The notes under the pieces: generated by a model | Told to the model about the DNA's origin: nothing | The model's input: the letters and a program-made list of their open reading frames with translations, nothing else | Databases searched by the model: none | In this document: in pieces, positions 42,532 to 53,022 of the stretch | How positions within the stretch are numbered: position 1 is the stretch's first letter | Layout of the letters: each line of letters starts with the position of its first letter | Program-made: the position numbers and the translations under genes | Source: an uncultured Desulfarculus sp. | Lineage (GTDB): Bacteria > Desulfobacterota > Desulfarculia > Desulfarculales > Desulfarculaceae | Assembly: GCA_963665125.2 (NCBI GenBank) | Contig: CAXXUK010000001.1 | Span: 3,616,001-3,680,000 of the forward strand | Length of the DNA stretch: 64,000 nucleotides | Reading direction: 5' to 3'

Positions 42532-43179
42532 ATGAAATGGGAATGTAATAGAATCTATTTGCTCCTGCTATTGACAGTAATGCTTGCCTCTATCATACTG
42601 CCCTTTCCGGCGGAAGCGGGCTGAAGACCCTGTGCGCCCAGTTCGGGCGGTTCCAGAATTACAAGCATTCCCACATCAATGTCCAAAAAAAGTTCAAAAA
42701 AAAATTCATACACTACTGTGAGTGAACCCCAAAAAGTTGTCAAACCCAACCATCAGAAGATTGATATCTTCGACAGGAAATTTCAGAATCCTTACCTGTC
42801 CATAAAACCGGTTCAACTTAAGAACCCTTCCTTCTATGTTAAAAATGGATATGTCATTGTTACAGCCCGCTGCAACGGCAAAGCTGACAAAGGGCCGCCC
42901 GCGATCAGGCTGGAAATAGACGGATGCGGAGGATATCTCGGTTGTTCAAAATCCCCTGAAGGAGAATATCAGGGCAACGGATTGGTCAAAGCGGGAGAGA
43001 TGAAAGCCTGGAAGTATGATCTGAGGAATGTTGAGGTAGCCTGCGAAAATAAGGAAGGCAGTGAGAAAGTAAATTTCCTGAAGATTCTGCAGTCAAGGAG
43101 ATCACATAATATTAAATGCTACATTAATGGTGACAGGTTTTCCTGGATATCTCTGTATGTCTTTCTGAAAGATTATTAA
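42532..43179 (+). CDS. Putative secreted selenoprotein (UGA at 42622-42624 read as Sec; UxxC motif), 215 aa
   Basis: G-rich RBS and signal peptide MKWECNRIYLLLLLTVMLASIILPFPAEA, then G-UGA-RPC in frame with ORF 42679..43179. Hairpin CGCCC-AGTTC-GGGCG lies 10 nt after the UGA. Confidence 0.6.
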
Positions 43180-43200
43180 GCTGTTTTGAGGTTTTATTGC

Positions 43201-43225
43201 TGCCCACAAGACTGTGGGCACTACC
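43201..43225 (-). repeat. GTAG-type REP palindrome
   Basis: Minus strand reads ggtag-tgcccaca-gtct-tgtgggca. Confidence 0.55.
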
Positions 43226-43240
43226 GATGAAATGGGGGTA

Positions 43241-45178
43241 TCAATAGTCCAATCTTCCCAAAATCTGAATTTCCAGGGGATTCAGGTTCACCTTCATAAA
43301 CCTGGTAGGGCCTTTTGTTATGTATGTTCTCCATGGGTAACCGGCAGTGGAATAATCTATGACATGGTTGTAAATATTGGATTCTCCTTCTTTTCTCTCC
43401 TGAATTTCTCCGGGGAGTGAAGCTTCATTTCCTTTATTGCTGTATAGTAGTTTCATTTGCGTCCCGGGGATGTTGACGGAATATTCCACAATTACGAAGC
43501 CTTCCCATCCGTAATAGGGGTTCATATTGGCAGCGATGACAATCTCCGTGTCATTGAGTATCCTGGAGAAAGCCAGTATACCTCCGACATTGGTGGAAAT
43601 GCCAAAATCGTAACTGTTACCGGAGATCTGTCTGAAATACTGTCTTCCATAGCGCAATGCAGCATGTGAAGCCCGGATCTCCGCCATGTTTTTGATTTCC
43701 TTATAATATGGGGTCTCCATATCAAATGCATTGGGCTTCCCCCAAAGGGCCTCCCTTATGTAGGTGTCGTTGTTATCCCCTTCACCGTTCAGTCCCTGCT
43801 CTGTTCCGTAATATATGCATGGGATTCCCTGGAGTGTGAATAGGCATCCCACTGCCATTGCCAGTTTGTCTTCACATTTCTTTTCGGAATTTTTGCAGTT
43901 GAACCTGTGATAATGTTTAATTTTCTCATTGTTTTTATAATATATGGTCTGATTGTCGTGATTATCCAGGAAAGTAACGAAAAATCGGCTTGCTTCTCCG
44001 TGGGAACTGAGATGGTTTTTCTGAACATTTTTACGGTGTTTGAAAGTCCATATTACATCTGAAGGTGCAGTTTCTCCCTTAACCGACCTGGTCAGGCTGT
44101 ACATGAGGGGGAAATCCAGAGCGGCATCAACACCGATGAGCTGCTCGGCATCCTCGGCATATTTACCGATATAACCGGCAATTTTTTCCTCGCTGTCCCA
44201 GACTTCACCAAAGGTAAAAAAGTTTTTCTTTCCTGTGCTTTGTGCGAATTCCCTCATGGCATTTCCAAAGATTCTGGCGAAATCATGGGGTACGTGTTTC
44301 AATGTATCTATTCTGAATCCGTCAATATCGAATTTTGCAATAACATACTGATAAATTTTGATGATAATCTCCTGAACCGGGTGATGATGTCCCCTTTCGT
44401 AAGAGATTTCTGTGTAATCCAGGTTCATCTCCTTGAGAGAGCTGAAATCTCCTTCTTCTTCGTGGCCTGGGAGTGCAACCCCCCTCCTGCGGAAAAAAGT
44501 ATTCCGTCTTAATTCACGGGGCCGGATGGCTGCGTCGGGATGGCAGTCCACAGGCGCTTCTGTCCATTCCGGTCTGGGGACTCCAAAATCATCCCTCCAG
44601 TTAATTTCGTAGGGTTCCAGGTCGAAGTCTCTCCAGGGAGCATTATATTTGAAGTCTTTGTATTGAAAAACATTGCCGGTATGGTTGAGGACAATATCGA
44701 AAATTATATAGATTCCACGGGCATGAGCTTCGTCGATAAGCTGCAGAAGCTCTTTTTCTGCTATTTCAGGGTTGTCCTGATCCGAGCCGAATCGCGGATC
44801 CACCGATAAGAAATCCTGTATTCCATAACCGTGATATGTGTTGGGGTTATATATGCAGTTCTTCAGAACCGGGGTCATCCAAATTGCACCTACTCCCAGG
44901 TCTTTCAGGTAGTCCAGCTTTTCCCTTATCCCGTTGAAGCTTCCTCCCTGAAAACTGTTGTGGGGGCCGTCCCAGGGCAGATGCCGGGGAGGTTTCTCCG
45001 GATTATTGAACCTATCAATCATAAGAAAATAGATCCATTTGTCCCGCCAGTCTCCGGGAGAAGGGAAGGGACATGGTATCTGAACCGTCTCCCCATTGAT
45101 ATTTACTTTTTTGAATCTGCGTTTCCTGGCATTTCTTATGGTTTCTTTAAACTTTTCGCTGTTTATGGAATCTGTCAT
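43241..45178 (-). CDS. Alpha-amylase family glycoside hydrolase (GH13)
   Basis: YHGYG, DIVLNH, DGFRIDT, GEVW, FLDNHD, YYGTEQ. Confidence 0.92.
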   Translation of the reverse strand: MTDSINSEKFKETIRNARKRRFKKVNINGETVQIPCPFPSPGDWRDKWIYFLMIDRFNNPEKPPRHLPWDGPHNSFQGGSFNGIREKLDYLKDLGVGAIWMTPVLKNCIYNPNTYHGYGIQDFLSVDPRFGSDQDNPEIAEKELLQLIDEAHARGIYIIFDIVLNHTGNVFQYKDFKYNAPWRDFDLEPYEINWRDDFGVPRPEWTEAPVDCHPDAAIRPRELRRNTFFRRRGVALPGHEEEGDFSSLKEMNLDYTEISYERGHHHPVQEIIIKIYQYVIAKFDIDGFRIDTLKHVPHDFARIFGNAMREFAQSTGKKNFFTFGEVWDSEEKIAGYIGKYAEDAEQLIGVDAALDFPLMYSLTRSVKGETAPSDVIWTFKHRKNVQKNHLSSHGEASRFFVTFLDNHDNQTIYYKNNEKIKHYHRFNCKNSEKKCEDKLAMAVGCLFTLQGIPCIYYGTEQGLNGEGDNNDTYIREALWGKPNAFDMETPYYKEIKNMAEIRASHAALRYGRQYFRQISGNSYDFGISTNVGGILAFSRILNDTEIVIAANMNPYYGWEGFVIVEYSVNIPGTQMKLLYSNKGNEASLPGEIQERKEGESNIYNHVIDYSTAGYPWRTYITKGPTRFMKVNLNPLEIQILGRLDY

Positions 45179-45523
45179 TTGACTCTCCCCTGCAGTTTGC
45201 CGGTGAATTTACCGACGAAATGTTTAATAACAAAGGTTTGAAGTAACTAACAGGCAGTATGTTTCTTTGTGAAGGAATTATTATTCTGTTTAAGAACATT
45301 TTCCATAGATGTGCCTGAATTATGAGAAAATTCAATAGATATCCGATGCAATCCTTTCAGTCTTCATGGGACTGTCCAAAAAGGTAGCGCAGATTTTTAA
45401 TCATGAGGTATATGATCGTGAAATACAATATTCATACTGCATACGGTGGCAAACTCAGGCAAGATGCCTGAACTGCTTACTTTTTATACAGCCGCATATT
45501 ATATTTTGAAGAGGATGTTAAAA

Positions 45524-46708
45524 ATGAGAAGATTGTTTTTAGGGGTATTTGTGGTGATAATTCTGTTATTATCTTTTGGAATTGCGTTTGCTGTGAGGGA
45601 TGATGTTTACTCGGCGGCTATGGATGGAAATCTTGCACTGGTGAAAAAGCATATAGAGAGTAACCCTTCACTGGTGAACAGGAAAAATGTTGTGGGAAGA
45701 ACCCCCATATTCTTTGCAGCTTCACATGGTCATGCAGATATTGTGAATTACCTGATTTCTAAGGGGGCGAAAGTGAATGTAACCGATAATAATGGAAATT
45801 CACCTTTGCATTCTGCAGCTACAGGAAGAGACTTGACAATTATTGACATCCTCATTTCACGGGGAGCCAGGATCAACAGCAGAAATAAAAACGGTGAGAC
45901 TCCACTGTTATTGGCAGTGAGCGGAGGAACCAGGGAAGAAAATATAAACCGTCTGTTATCCCGTGGTGCTGATGTCAACTCTGCCGATTCAAGAGGCGAA
46001 ACTCCCCTTATAAAAGAGATAAAGCGGGCACATAAGGATGACATAATAATTCTTCTGGTATCAAAGGGAGCAAATGTAAACAAAGGGGATGCAATGGGAA
46101 ACACACCTCTTCATTATGCAGTCCGTGGTAATGACAGGCATCTGGATCGGATTAAATATCTGGTGTCTCATGGAGCAAATGTTAACGCAAAAAACAAAAT
46201 GAACCAGACCCCTATGGAATTCTATCAGGTTCCACCACACAGTCAGACGGGGAAATATCTTATATCCATGGGAGCAGGGGGCAAAGTTGTTGAATCTCAG
46301 AAAAAGCAGCCCCATATCGATTTGCCTCCGCAACAGGTTGTCAAAAACTTTGTAAAAGCCTGTGAAACGGGGAACTCCAATCTTTTGAGACAATGTGTAA
46401 GTAAAAGAAGAATATCCACTGTTCCCGATAAGAATTTTAATCCCGCTTCAGGATACTGGAAATCTCTCTGGCCAAAAGGAATCAGCATAAGCAGCAGAGA
46501 TTTCCCCGACAATGCTCCGGATGGAACAGTTATTTCAGTTAGTGCCGGTACCAGGGCAACAGTCCCAAAAGGGGTTGTTTATGCAGGGAAAGAAGCAAAA
46601 GTAATGGGGACTTTTTATCTTATAAGGGAAAACGGACAGTGGAAATATTCGGGAGAGCTATGGCATTGGGTGGTAAGCAGAATGGAGATTAGAAGAATGA
46701 CAAGATGA
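45524..46708 (+). CDS. Secreted ankyrin-repeat protein with a C-terminal NTF2-like region
   Basis: Signal peptide and repeated G.TPL / GA.VN motifs. The C-terminal fold is a guess from P.QVVKNF...LIRENGQWK. Confidence 0.85.
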   Translation: MRRLFLGVFVVIILLLSFGIAFAVRDDVYSAAMDGNLALVKKHIESNPSLVNRKNVVGRTPIFFAASHGHADIVNYLISKGAKVNVTDNNGNSPLHSAATGRDLTIIDILISRGARINSRNKNGETPLLLAVSGGTREENINRLLSRGADVNSADSRGETPLIKEIKRAHKDDIIILLVSKGANVNKGDAMGNTPLHYAVRGNDRHLDRIKYLVSHGANVNAKNKMNQTPMEFYQVPPHSQTGKYLISMGAGGKVVESQKKQPHIDLPPQQVVKNFVKACETGNSNLLRQCVSKRRISTVPDKNFNPASGYWKSLWPKGISISSRDFPDNAPDGTVISVSAGTRATVPKGVVYAGKEAKVMGTFYLIRENGQWKYSGELWHWVVSRMEIRRMTR

Positions 46709-46927
46709 GTGATTGAATGGACATTTCCGACAGCAGCAAAAAAAGAAGTCAATATTTCCGGGAATAAACTTGCAGGAATCGGGTAAAAATTAACAAATTA
46801 GAATATTACAGGCAAGGGGAAAAAGCTGACGGTGAGTAAGTTTTATTTTTCCCCGGTGAAACACCTTTCGGAATGATAGTTGATTTTGATACCGTAGTGA
46901 TAAAAAATCAACCTGAGGGGGCTGTCA

Positions 46928-48073
46928 TTGAAAGATTCAGATGAAAAAGAAACAGTAAATGTTCTGCTGGTGGAAGATGATGAACTGGCGCTGCAATTGG
47001 CATCGATAATCCTCCAGGGAATTGGGGATTTCAAGCTCCACACCGCTTTTAACGGGCAGGAAGCTCTGGAAATTATTAACTCCATTCATATCGACATGCT
47101 TATAACTGACATTATGATGCCTGTTATGGACGGCTTTGATTTGATTGAGCGCGTCCGTAAGATGCCCTCGATGAAGGAGAGTCAAATAATTATCATTACT
47201 TCGTTACGTTTCACCGATCAAAAAGTCAGGGGGTTTGAACTGGGAGCAAATGATTATATAACCAAACCCTTTGATCACAAAGAACTCAAAGCCAGGGTAG
47301 GAGCGGGAATAAGGGATATTATCCTGAGAAAACAGCTGAAAAAGGCATATAAAGAGCTGGAAAAGGCATCGGAGTTCAAACGACTTCTTCTGGGAAGAGT
47401 GGCTCATGACCTGAGAACTCCTATTTCAATAATCGAAGGCTATCTGCATATCATTAAAGATAATTATACAAGTCTTTCCCGGGATGATTTTGATACCTAT
47501 TTTAATAACATTATAAACCAGTCAAGGTTCATCAATTCCATCTGCCGCGACATACTGGATTTCACCGCCCTGGATATGGGCAAACTTACCCTGGAATTGA
47601 ATCCCTATTCAATAGAAAGTGTGGTTCGTGAAGCGGTTATGCTCAATTCTCCCCAGGCAAAAGCCAGGGAAGTGGAGATAGATATTATTATCGAAAACAA
47701 ACTTCCGCCGGTATTAATGGACTCTCACAGGGCAACGGGGGTTTTCTGGAACATTTTGAATAATGCTATTAAATACAGCAAAAAAGGCTCAAGAATAAAG
47801 GTCCTGATTAAACGAAACGAAGAAAAGGTTATGGTTTCTGTCGAAGATAAAGGAAGGGGAATTTCACCGGAAGCCAGGGAGCATCTCTTCTCTTTCTTCG
47901 CTAATGACAGGACTGAAGATAATACCGGTGTGGGAAGTGTTGGACTGGGTCTTGCTATCAGCAAACGGTTGATGGAGCTTCAGGGAGGGGATATCACCGT
48001 GGAAAGTGTAGAGGGTGAGGGAAGCACTTTTACAGTAACTCTTCCCGTAGCAAAATCTTCAGAAACTGAATAA
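46928..48073 (+). CDS. Hybrid receiver domain-histidine kinase
   Basis: LVEDD, DIMMP, KPF, AHDLRTP, NAIKYS, DKGRG, GLGL. Confidence 0.92.
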   Translation: MKDSDEKETVNVLLVEDDELALQLASIILQGIGDFKLHTAFNGQEALEIINSIHIDMLITDIMMPVMDGFDLIERVRKMPSMKESQIIIITSLRFTDQKVRGFELGANDYITKPFDHKELKARVGAGIRDIILRKQLKKAYKELEKASEFKRLLLGRVAHDLRTPISIIEGYLHIIKDNYTSLSRDDFDTYFNNIINQSRFINSICRDILDFTALDMGKLTLELNPYSIESVVREAVMLNSPQAKAREVEIDIIIENKLPPVLMDSHRATGVFWNILNNAIKYSKKGSRIKVLIKRNEEKVMVSVEDKGRGISPEAREHLFSFFANDRTEDNTGVGSVGLGLAISKRLMELQGGDITVESVEGEGSTFTVTLPVAKSSETE

Positions 48074-48124
48074 AGAAGCTAACAACCCGGCATTCTTACC
48101 GACAGTCTTTTAGGAAGGACTTCA

Positions 48125-49186
48125 ATGTCCAAAAAAAACAGAGTAATAACCATTGGAGCAATTTTTACAGCGACTTTAATTCTGATTTCCTTTTTCTATT
48201 CAGGGAAAGAATTTGAACCCGGAAAGACTATCGAAGGTAATAATCTGTTAAAAAATGTTTCCGTTACAAAAACCGTCAAGCTTGAATCCTCTTCGAGAAA
48301 CAAAATCCCTGTTCTCCCGGCAATTACTACACCCTTCACAGAAAAGGATTATGTCAGTTTTGGCGGATTTAATGATGAAATAAGCAGGCAGATAAAGAGA
48401 ATCTCAGGCTCTCCCATTCTCAAAGAAGAATATCGGGAATTTACCGTAAAAAATAACCTCCCTGTTTCAGAAAAATCATATCTCGATTTTGTGAGGGCGA
48501 AAGTTTTATTTGAAGCTTCAAGAGATTGCGGATTATGGCATATTCAGTGGAATATAACCAACCGGGAACCCAACTCGGATAATATCTGGGCACAGTGGAA
48601 AAAGCAAAATGCTAAGGATTTTAACCGGAAAGTCACAGCCATAGCTGAATGTGATGAAATTTCAGCCCTGTATGCATTCCTGTGCAAAAAGCAGGGAGTC
48701 GGAGGAGTAGGTCTTTTCTGGCCCACAAATAATCATACGGTTGCCGTCTGGAAGTTGAAAATTTCGGTAGGAAAGGAAGTCCGTATAGTGGTTCCCACTA
48801 CTCAAATATTTCTGGAAAATAAGGGACTTTTCGGAAAGACAAAATTTGACCCCTGGAAGCAGCCTGCCATTTATGATTACACTCGTGATGATGTTCCCGA
48901 TTCATATCTCATCCCTGCGGGTCTTGCCAATTTCTTTATAATTCAAATGGAAAAATACGGCGGCGCATCGGAAGAAGTGCTTCATTATCTCAGAAATATG
49001 AGGGAATCGGTATTTCTGGGCTATATCTCACAGCAGGATGCAGTATACGAAGTAACCGGTATAAGAAATGAATACCTGGAAGACATTCTCAGAAAAAAAG
49101 AAGAAAACCCCAAAATGAGGTTTTCTTATAGCGATATTTATGCAATGAATTATTTTCTGAAGGATTTTCTTCAGGCAAAACCATAA
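48125..49186 (+). CDS. Membrane-anchored hypothetical protein, possible transglutaminase-like fold
   Basis: N-terminal TM segment and AECDEISALYAFLC...NHTVAV. Confidence 0.6.
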   Translation: MSKKNRVITIGAIFTATLILISFFYSGKEFEPGKTIEGNNLLKNVSVTKTVKLESSSRNKIPVLPAITTPFTEKDYVSFGGFNDEISRQIKRISGSPILKEEYREFTVKNNLPVSEKSYLDFVRAKVLFEASRDCGLWHIQWNITNREPNSDNIWAQWKKQNAKDFNRKVTAIAECDEISALYAFLCKKQGVGGVGLFWPTNNHTVAVWKLKISVGKEVRIVVPTTQIFLENKGLFGKTKFDPWKQPAIYDYTRDDVPDSYLIPAGLANFFIIQMEKYGGASEEVLHYLRNMRESVFLGYISQQDAVYEVTGIRNEYLEDILRKKEENPKMRFSYSDIYAMNYFLKDFLQAKP

Positions 49187-49195
49187 TTTCCGGTT

Positions 49196-50605
49196 TTAAA
49201 TTTCTACTTTCCATTTGGTTCCCTGGGGAGTGTCCATGAGGATTATTCCCCTTGCAACCAACTGATCCCTTATCTCATCAGAGCGGGCATAGTTCTTCTC
49301 TTTTCTTGCTTTGATCCGCTCATCAATCAGATTCTGGATTTCCGCTTCCAACTCTTTTTCAACAAAGGCACGATCCATCCTGATCCCAAGGATTTGATCC
49401 AGATCCATTATAAATTCCAGAACCTTTTTGGAATCTTCTTTTGAAAGCTTTCCTTCGTCGATGATTTTATTTACTTCTGAAATGAAGGTGAAAATCTCTG
49501 CGATAGCTTTTGGAGCATTCAGATCATCATCCATTCCTTCGATGAAGCCTTCTTTTGCTTTCGCTATTAATTCATCGATTTTACCGGTGGATTCTTCCCC
49601 TGCCATTTCCTTTGCCCTTTTCAGGAAATCATAGATGCGGTTGACGGCTTTCCAGGAGTTATCCAGGGCTTCGAAGGTGAAATCCAGTTTCTTCCGGTAA
49701 TCGCTGGTTACATACAGATAACGAACAGCAATGGGATCGTATCCTTTGCCGATAATATCTCTCAATGTGTAGAAGTTGCCCTTCGATTTCGCCATCTTGC
49801 CGCCATCGACAAGCAGGTGTTCGCTGTGAAGCCAGTAGTTGACGAATTTCTTACCGTTTGCTGCTTCCGACTGGGCAATTTCATTTTCATGGTGAGGGAA
49901 AATATTGTCAACTCCGCCGGTATGAATATCGAAACTGCTTCCCAGGTATTTGGAGCTCATGGCGGAGCACTCGATATGCCATCCGGGGCGTCCCTTGCCT
50001 AAATCCGTCTCCCAGAAGACATCGCCGTCATTCTCATCCCAGGCTTTCCAAAGGGCGAAATCCGACAGGTTCTCCTTGTCATATTCATCATGTTTTACGC
50101 GGGAACCGCTTATAAGATCCTCCACTTTAATGTGGGCGAGTTTACCGTAATCAGGGAATTTGGCAATGGAAAAATAGATGCTGCCATCTTCTCCCCTGTA
50201 TGCGAAGCCTTTCTGCATGAGTCTTTTGATGATGCTCACCATTTCTTTGACATGTTCCGTTGCTTTGGGATATACCTCAGCCTTTTCGATGTTGAGGGTT
50301 TCCAGGTCATCAAAAAACGAGTCAGTGTATTTCTTTGCATATTCCCCGGCGGTAATGTTCTTGCCCAGGACGGAACGGATAATCTTGTCATCCACATCGG
50401 TAATGTTCATAACCTGTTTGACTTTAAACCCTTTATATTTAAGGTAACGCCGCAGCACATCCTCGAAGACGTAGGTGCGGAAATTGCCTATATGCGCAAA
50501 ATCATAGACTGTGGGGCCGCAGGTATACATACCCACTTTACCCTCAACCATAGGTTTGAATTCTTCTTTCACTCTTGTCAATGTGTTCAATAATTGCAGT
50601 GCCAT
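49196..50605 (-). CDS. cysS: Cysteine--tRNA ligase
   Basis: CGPTVY, HIGN, GRPGWHIECSAM, FPHHENE, KMAKS. Confidence 0.97.
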   Translation of the reverse strand: MALQLLNTLTRVKEEFKPMVEGKVGMYTCGPTVYDFAHIGNFRTYVFEDVLRRYLKYKGFKVKQVMNITDVDDKIIRSVLGKNITAGEYAKKYTDSFFDDLETLNIEKAEVYPKATEHVKEMVSIIKRLMQKGFAYRGEDGSIYFSIAKFPDYGKLAHIKVEDLISGSRVKHDEYDKENLSDFALWKAWDENDGDVFWETDLGKGRPGWHIECSAMSSKYLGSSFDIHTGGVDNIFPHHENEIAQSEAANGKKFVNYWLHSEHLLVDGGKMAKSKGNFYTLRDIIGKGYDPIAVRYLYVTSDYRKKLDFTFEALDNSWKAVNRIYDFLKRAKEMAGEESTGKIDELIAKAKEGFIEGMDDDLNAPKAIAEIFTFISEVNKIIDEGKLSKEDSKKVLEFIMDLDQILGIRMDRAFVEKELEAEIQNLIDERIKARKEKNYARSDEIRDQLVARGIILMDTPQGTKWKVEI

Positions 50606-51026
50606 ATTTTCTCCTCCCTGAAGTCATGTTTTTAGCATTGTAACACAGGAGGTGGGGGGATTGTCAAGGTGGAAGGAGGAGAATACATTGATTCCAACAT
50701 TCATTTCCGGATACGGATGACCTGGTTGGAAGTTTTAGGGACAAATGTGAATAAACACTCTCTTTTTTATGGACGGATCTGCAATATTTTATGGAATTAT
50801 CCCACAGAAAAGAGGTATAATAGAATTGGAATAACCGGATATTTTTTACTTCGGGTTATTTCGGTCATCGATTTCCGTAATGGAAAAGTTACTACTATTC
50901 AGCTTATGTGGGAGCAAATTCCTGGTGGCTGCCCGATAAATCATAGAATACTTATGCTTCCGGATTGTGCCATGACCCGGAGACAACCCCACATGATTGG
51001 TGTGAATAGATTTATGGAGGAATATA

Positions 51027-52046
51027 ATGAGACAAATACTTAATAAATCAATAACTATCATTTTTTTTATTATAATTGTTATAGGATTAATTCCTGCTAA
51101 ACCTGCTTCTGCAGAAAACAGAGCGATGGGAATGATTCTTGAGATCAATGGAAAGGCAAAAATCAAACAAAATAACATACTCAGTCCTGCCAATATTATG
51201 CAGCCCATTTATGAAAACTCCATTATCTATACAGGAAAAGGCAGCACACTGAAATTTGCCGATTATAGGGATAAAAAGGAATATTTGATAGGAGATTATT
51301 CTTATATAATTTTCAAATACGGTAAAGTCGAAATAAAGAGGGGAAGTCTCCAAAAAGTCTCAAGGGGAGGCAAGTTGCCCCTTCCTAAAAATACTGTTCT
51401 GGTATCCAGGAAAATAAGCGGCGTAGTCTATATGTATGTAGTGGACCCGGAAGTAAAGATTTCCTATCCCAAAGACAAGGCTCTTTTTGCTACGGATAAT
51501 ATCGAATTCACCTGGAACGGGGATGGTGTGAAAGAATACGAGGTAATCATAATTGAAGTCGGGACCAATAGAATAATGAAACCATATCCCATAACCGTTA
51601 AAGACTATAAATACAAATACTCACAGTCTAAAGATACACCCTTCCGTCTGGAATATGGAAAGAGCTATTTCTTTGTGGTTCGTCAGAAACCTGATAAAGA
51701 ACTTATCGAAAAATACGGAAAAGACGGAGTATATGCCGATCAGGCACGGATAACCTTCTCGCTCCTGCCGGTAGATCAGGCAAAGAAAGTTCAGGAAGCT
51801 GAGAAAGCCTACAGTGAAGTTATAAAGAAGAATCCTGATGATAAAACATCGATGTTGTTGATGGCTGATATGTATAAAGAAAATGGAATGTATCAGAATG
51901 CTGTTGATGTTTTGTATACCCTGAGAGATAAAGATCCTGAAAATCCCTATATTTATTATTATATTGCGGAAATGCTGGATGAGATGAAGCTTCCCGGTTC
52001 TGATGAGATAAGGGAGAAGGGGAAGAAGCTGGAGAAGAGACTGTAG
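51027..52046 (+). CDS. Secreted protein with FecR-like N-terminus and TPR-like C-terminus
   Basis: Signal peptide, IYTGKGS beta region, C-terminal helical repeats (KKNPDD, KDPENP). Confidence 0.6.
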   Translation: MRQILNKSITIIFFIIIVIGLIPAKPASAENRAMGMILEINGKAKIKQNNILSPANIMQPIYENSIIYTGKGSTLKFADYRDKKEYLIGDYSYIIFKYGKVEIKRGSLQKVSRGGKLPLPKNTVLVSRKISGVVYMYVVDPEVKISYPKDKALFATDNIEFTWNGDGVKEYEVIIIEVGTNRIMKPYPITVKDYKYKYSQSKDTPFRLEYGKSYFFVVRQKPDKELIEKYGKDGVYADQARITFSLLPVDQAKKVQEAEKAYSEVIKKNPDDKTSMLLMADMYKENGMYQNAVDVLYTLRDKDPENPYIYYYIAEMLDEMKLPGSDEIREKGKKLEKRL

Positions 52047-52160
52047 ATGTGAAATATCACAGAATAAAGCGGATTAGAGTGCAGTATAAGTATGCTGAAT
52101 TTTATTCTGAATGAATACATTGGGGAATTCGGAAAATATATTTTTCCGAATTCCATGACC

Positions 52161-52185
52161 GGCAGATTGAAGTCTGCCTTTTTTT
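52161..52185 (+). terminator. Rho-independent terminator
   Basis: ggcaga-ttgaag-tctgcc followed by T7. Confidence 0.7.
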
Positions 52186-52652
52186 ATTTTTATCGGTAAC
52201 TGTTTCTGAAGTAAATTTGACACGATAAATTTCCGGAAGCTTGATTCAAGAATCTTGCATGAATAAATGTAATATTAAATAAATATTGAAATAACTTATC
52301 CACAGTATTGATTTTTCAAGTATTATGTATTATAATGATAACACAAATAATATGTTTTACAATAACTGTAATTATGGCAAAAAGTAGTAATACTTCAATA
52401 ATTGTCGATAATAAGTTAATCACTCTGACTGTCCGGTTAACCGGAATTCCCCGGGAAATTGATAAGATTGATTTTGTATGACAATACTGATTATACGCTT
52501 ACATTTATTCAGATTTAACCTGACGGAGGACGTTCCTGTCCGTTTTTACATTAATAAAATCCAGGCTCACAATTTCACACGGGAGAATCCAATATGATTC
52601 TTTATCTTCCATTTCTACAACAGCAGGTATAAATATAGCAGGAGGTGATAAT

Positions 52653-52766
52653 ATGAAAAAAAACAAAGAGCTTCTGTTGTTGGCAGAAACTCTTATGCTT
52701 ATGTCAGATAAGCTCTCTGAGATCTCTGTCAAGATTTATGAGCTAATCTGGCTTGAGAACAATTGA
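52653..52766 (+). CDS. Small ORF (37 aa) below the ORF-track cutoff
   Basis: aggaggtga RBS. MKKNKELLLLAETLMLMSDKLSEISVKIYELIWLENN. Confidence 0.5.
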   Translation: MKKNKELLLLAETLMLMSDKLSEISVKIYELIWLENN

Positions 52767-53022
52767 TCATTTCAATGATCAACCGACTTTTTTATTCCGG
52801 GAAGTGTTAACTTCCGGGTTTCATTTGTAACCATTATAACACTTGAATTTGAAAAATTCAAGTGTTTTTTGGTATATATTAATATATAAATTTATTCATA
52901 TTTACCCTGAGGTAAAGCTGATTGTCCGATAATTTTTGTGCCTGCTTCGTTTAGTCTTGTGTTGAGTTTTTCATTAGTGCTGAAGCCAACTTTATCCGAC
53001 AATAACTGTCGATTTCCTCAGA

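Noticed and set aside
50910..51000. tRNA-Sec
   Set aside because: There is superficial ctggtgg similarity only, with no UCA anticodon arm or T-loop.
52296..52304. Replication origin
   Set aside because: Only one perfect DnaA box was seen, with no box cluster and no dnaA nearby.
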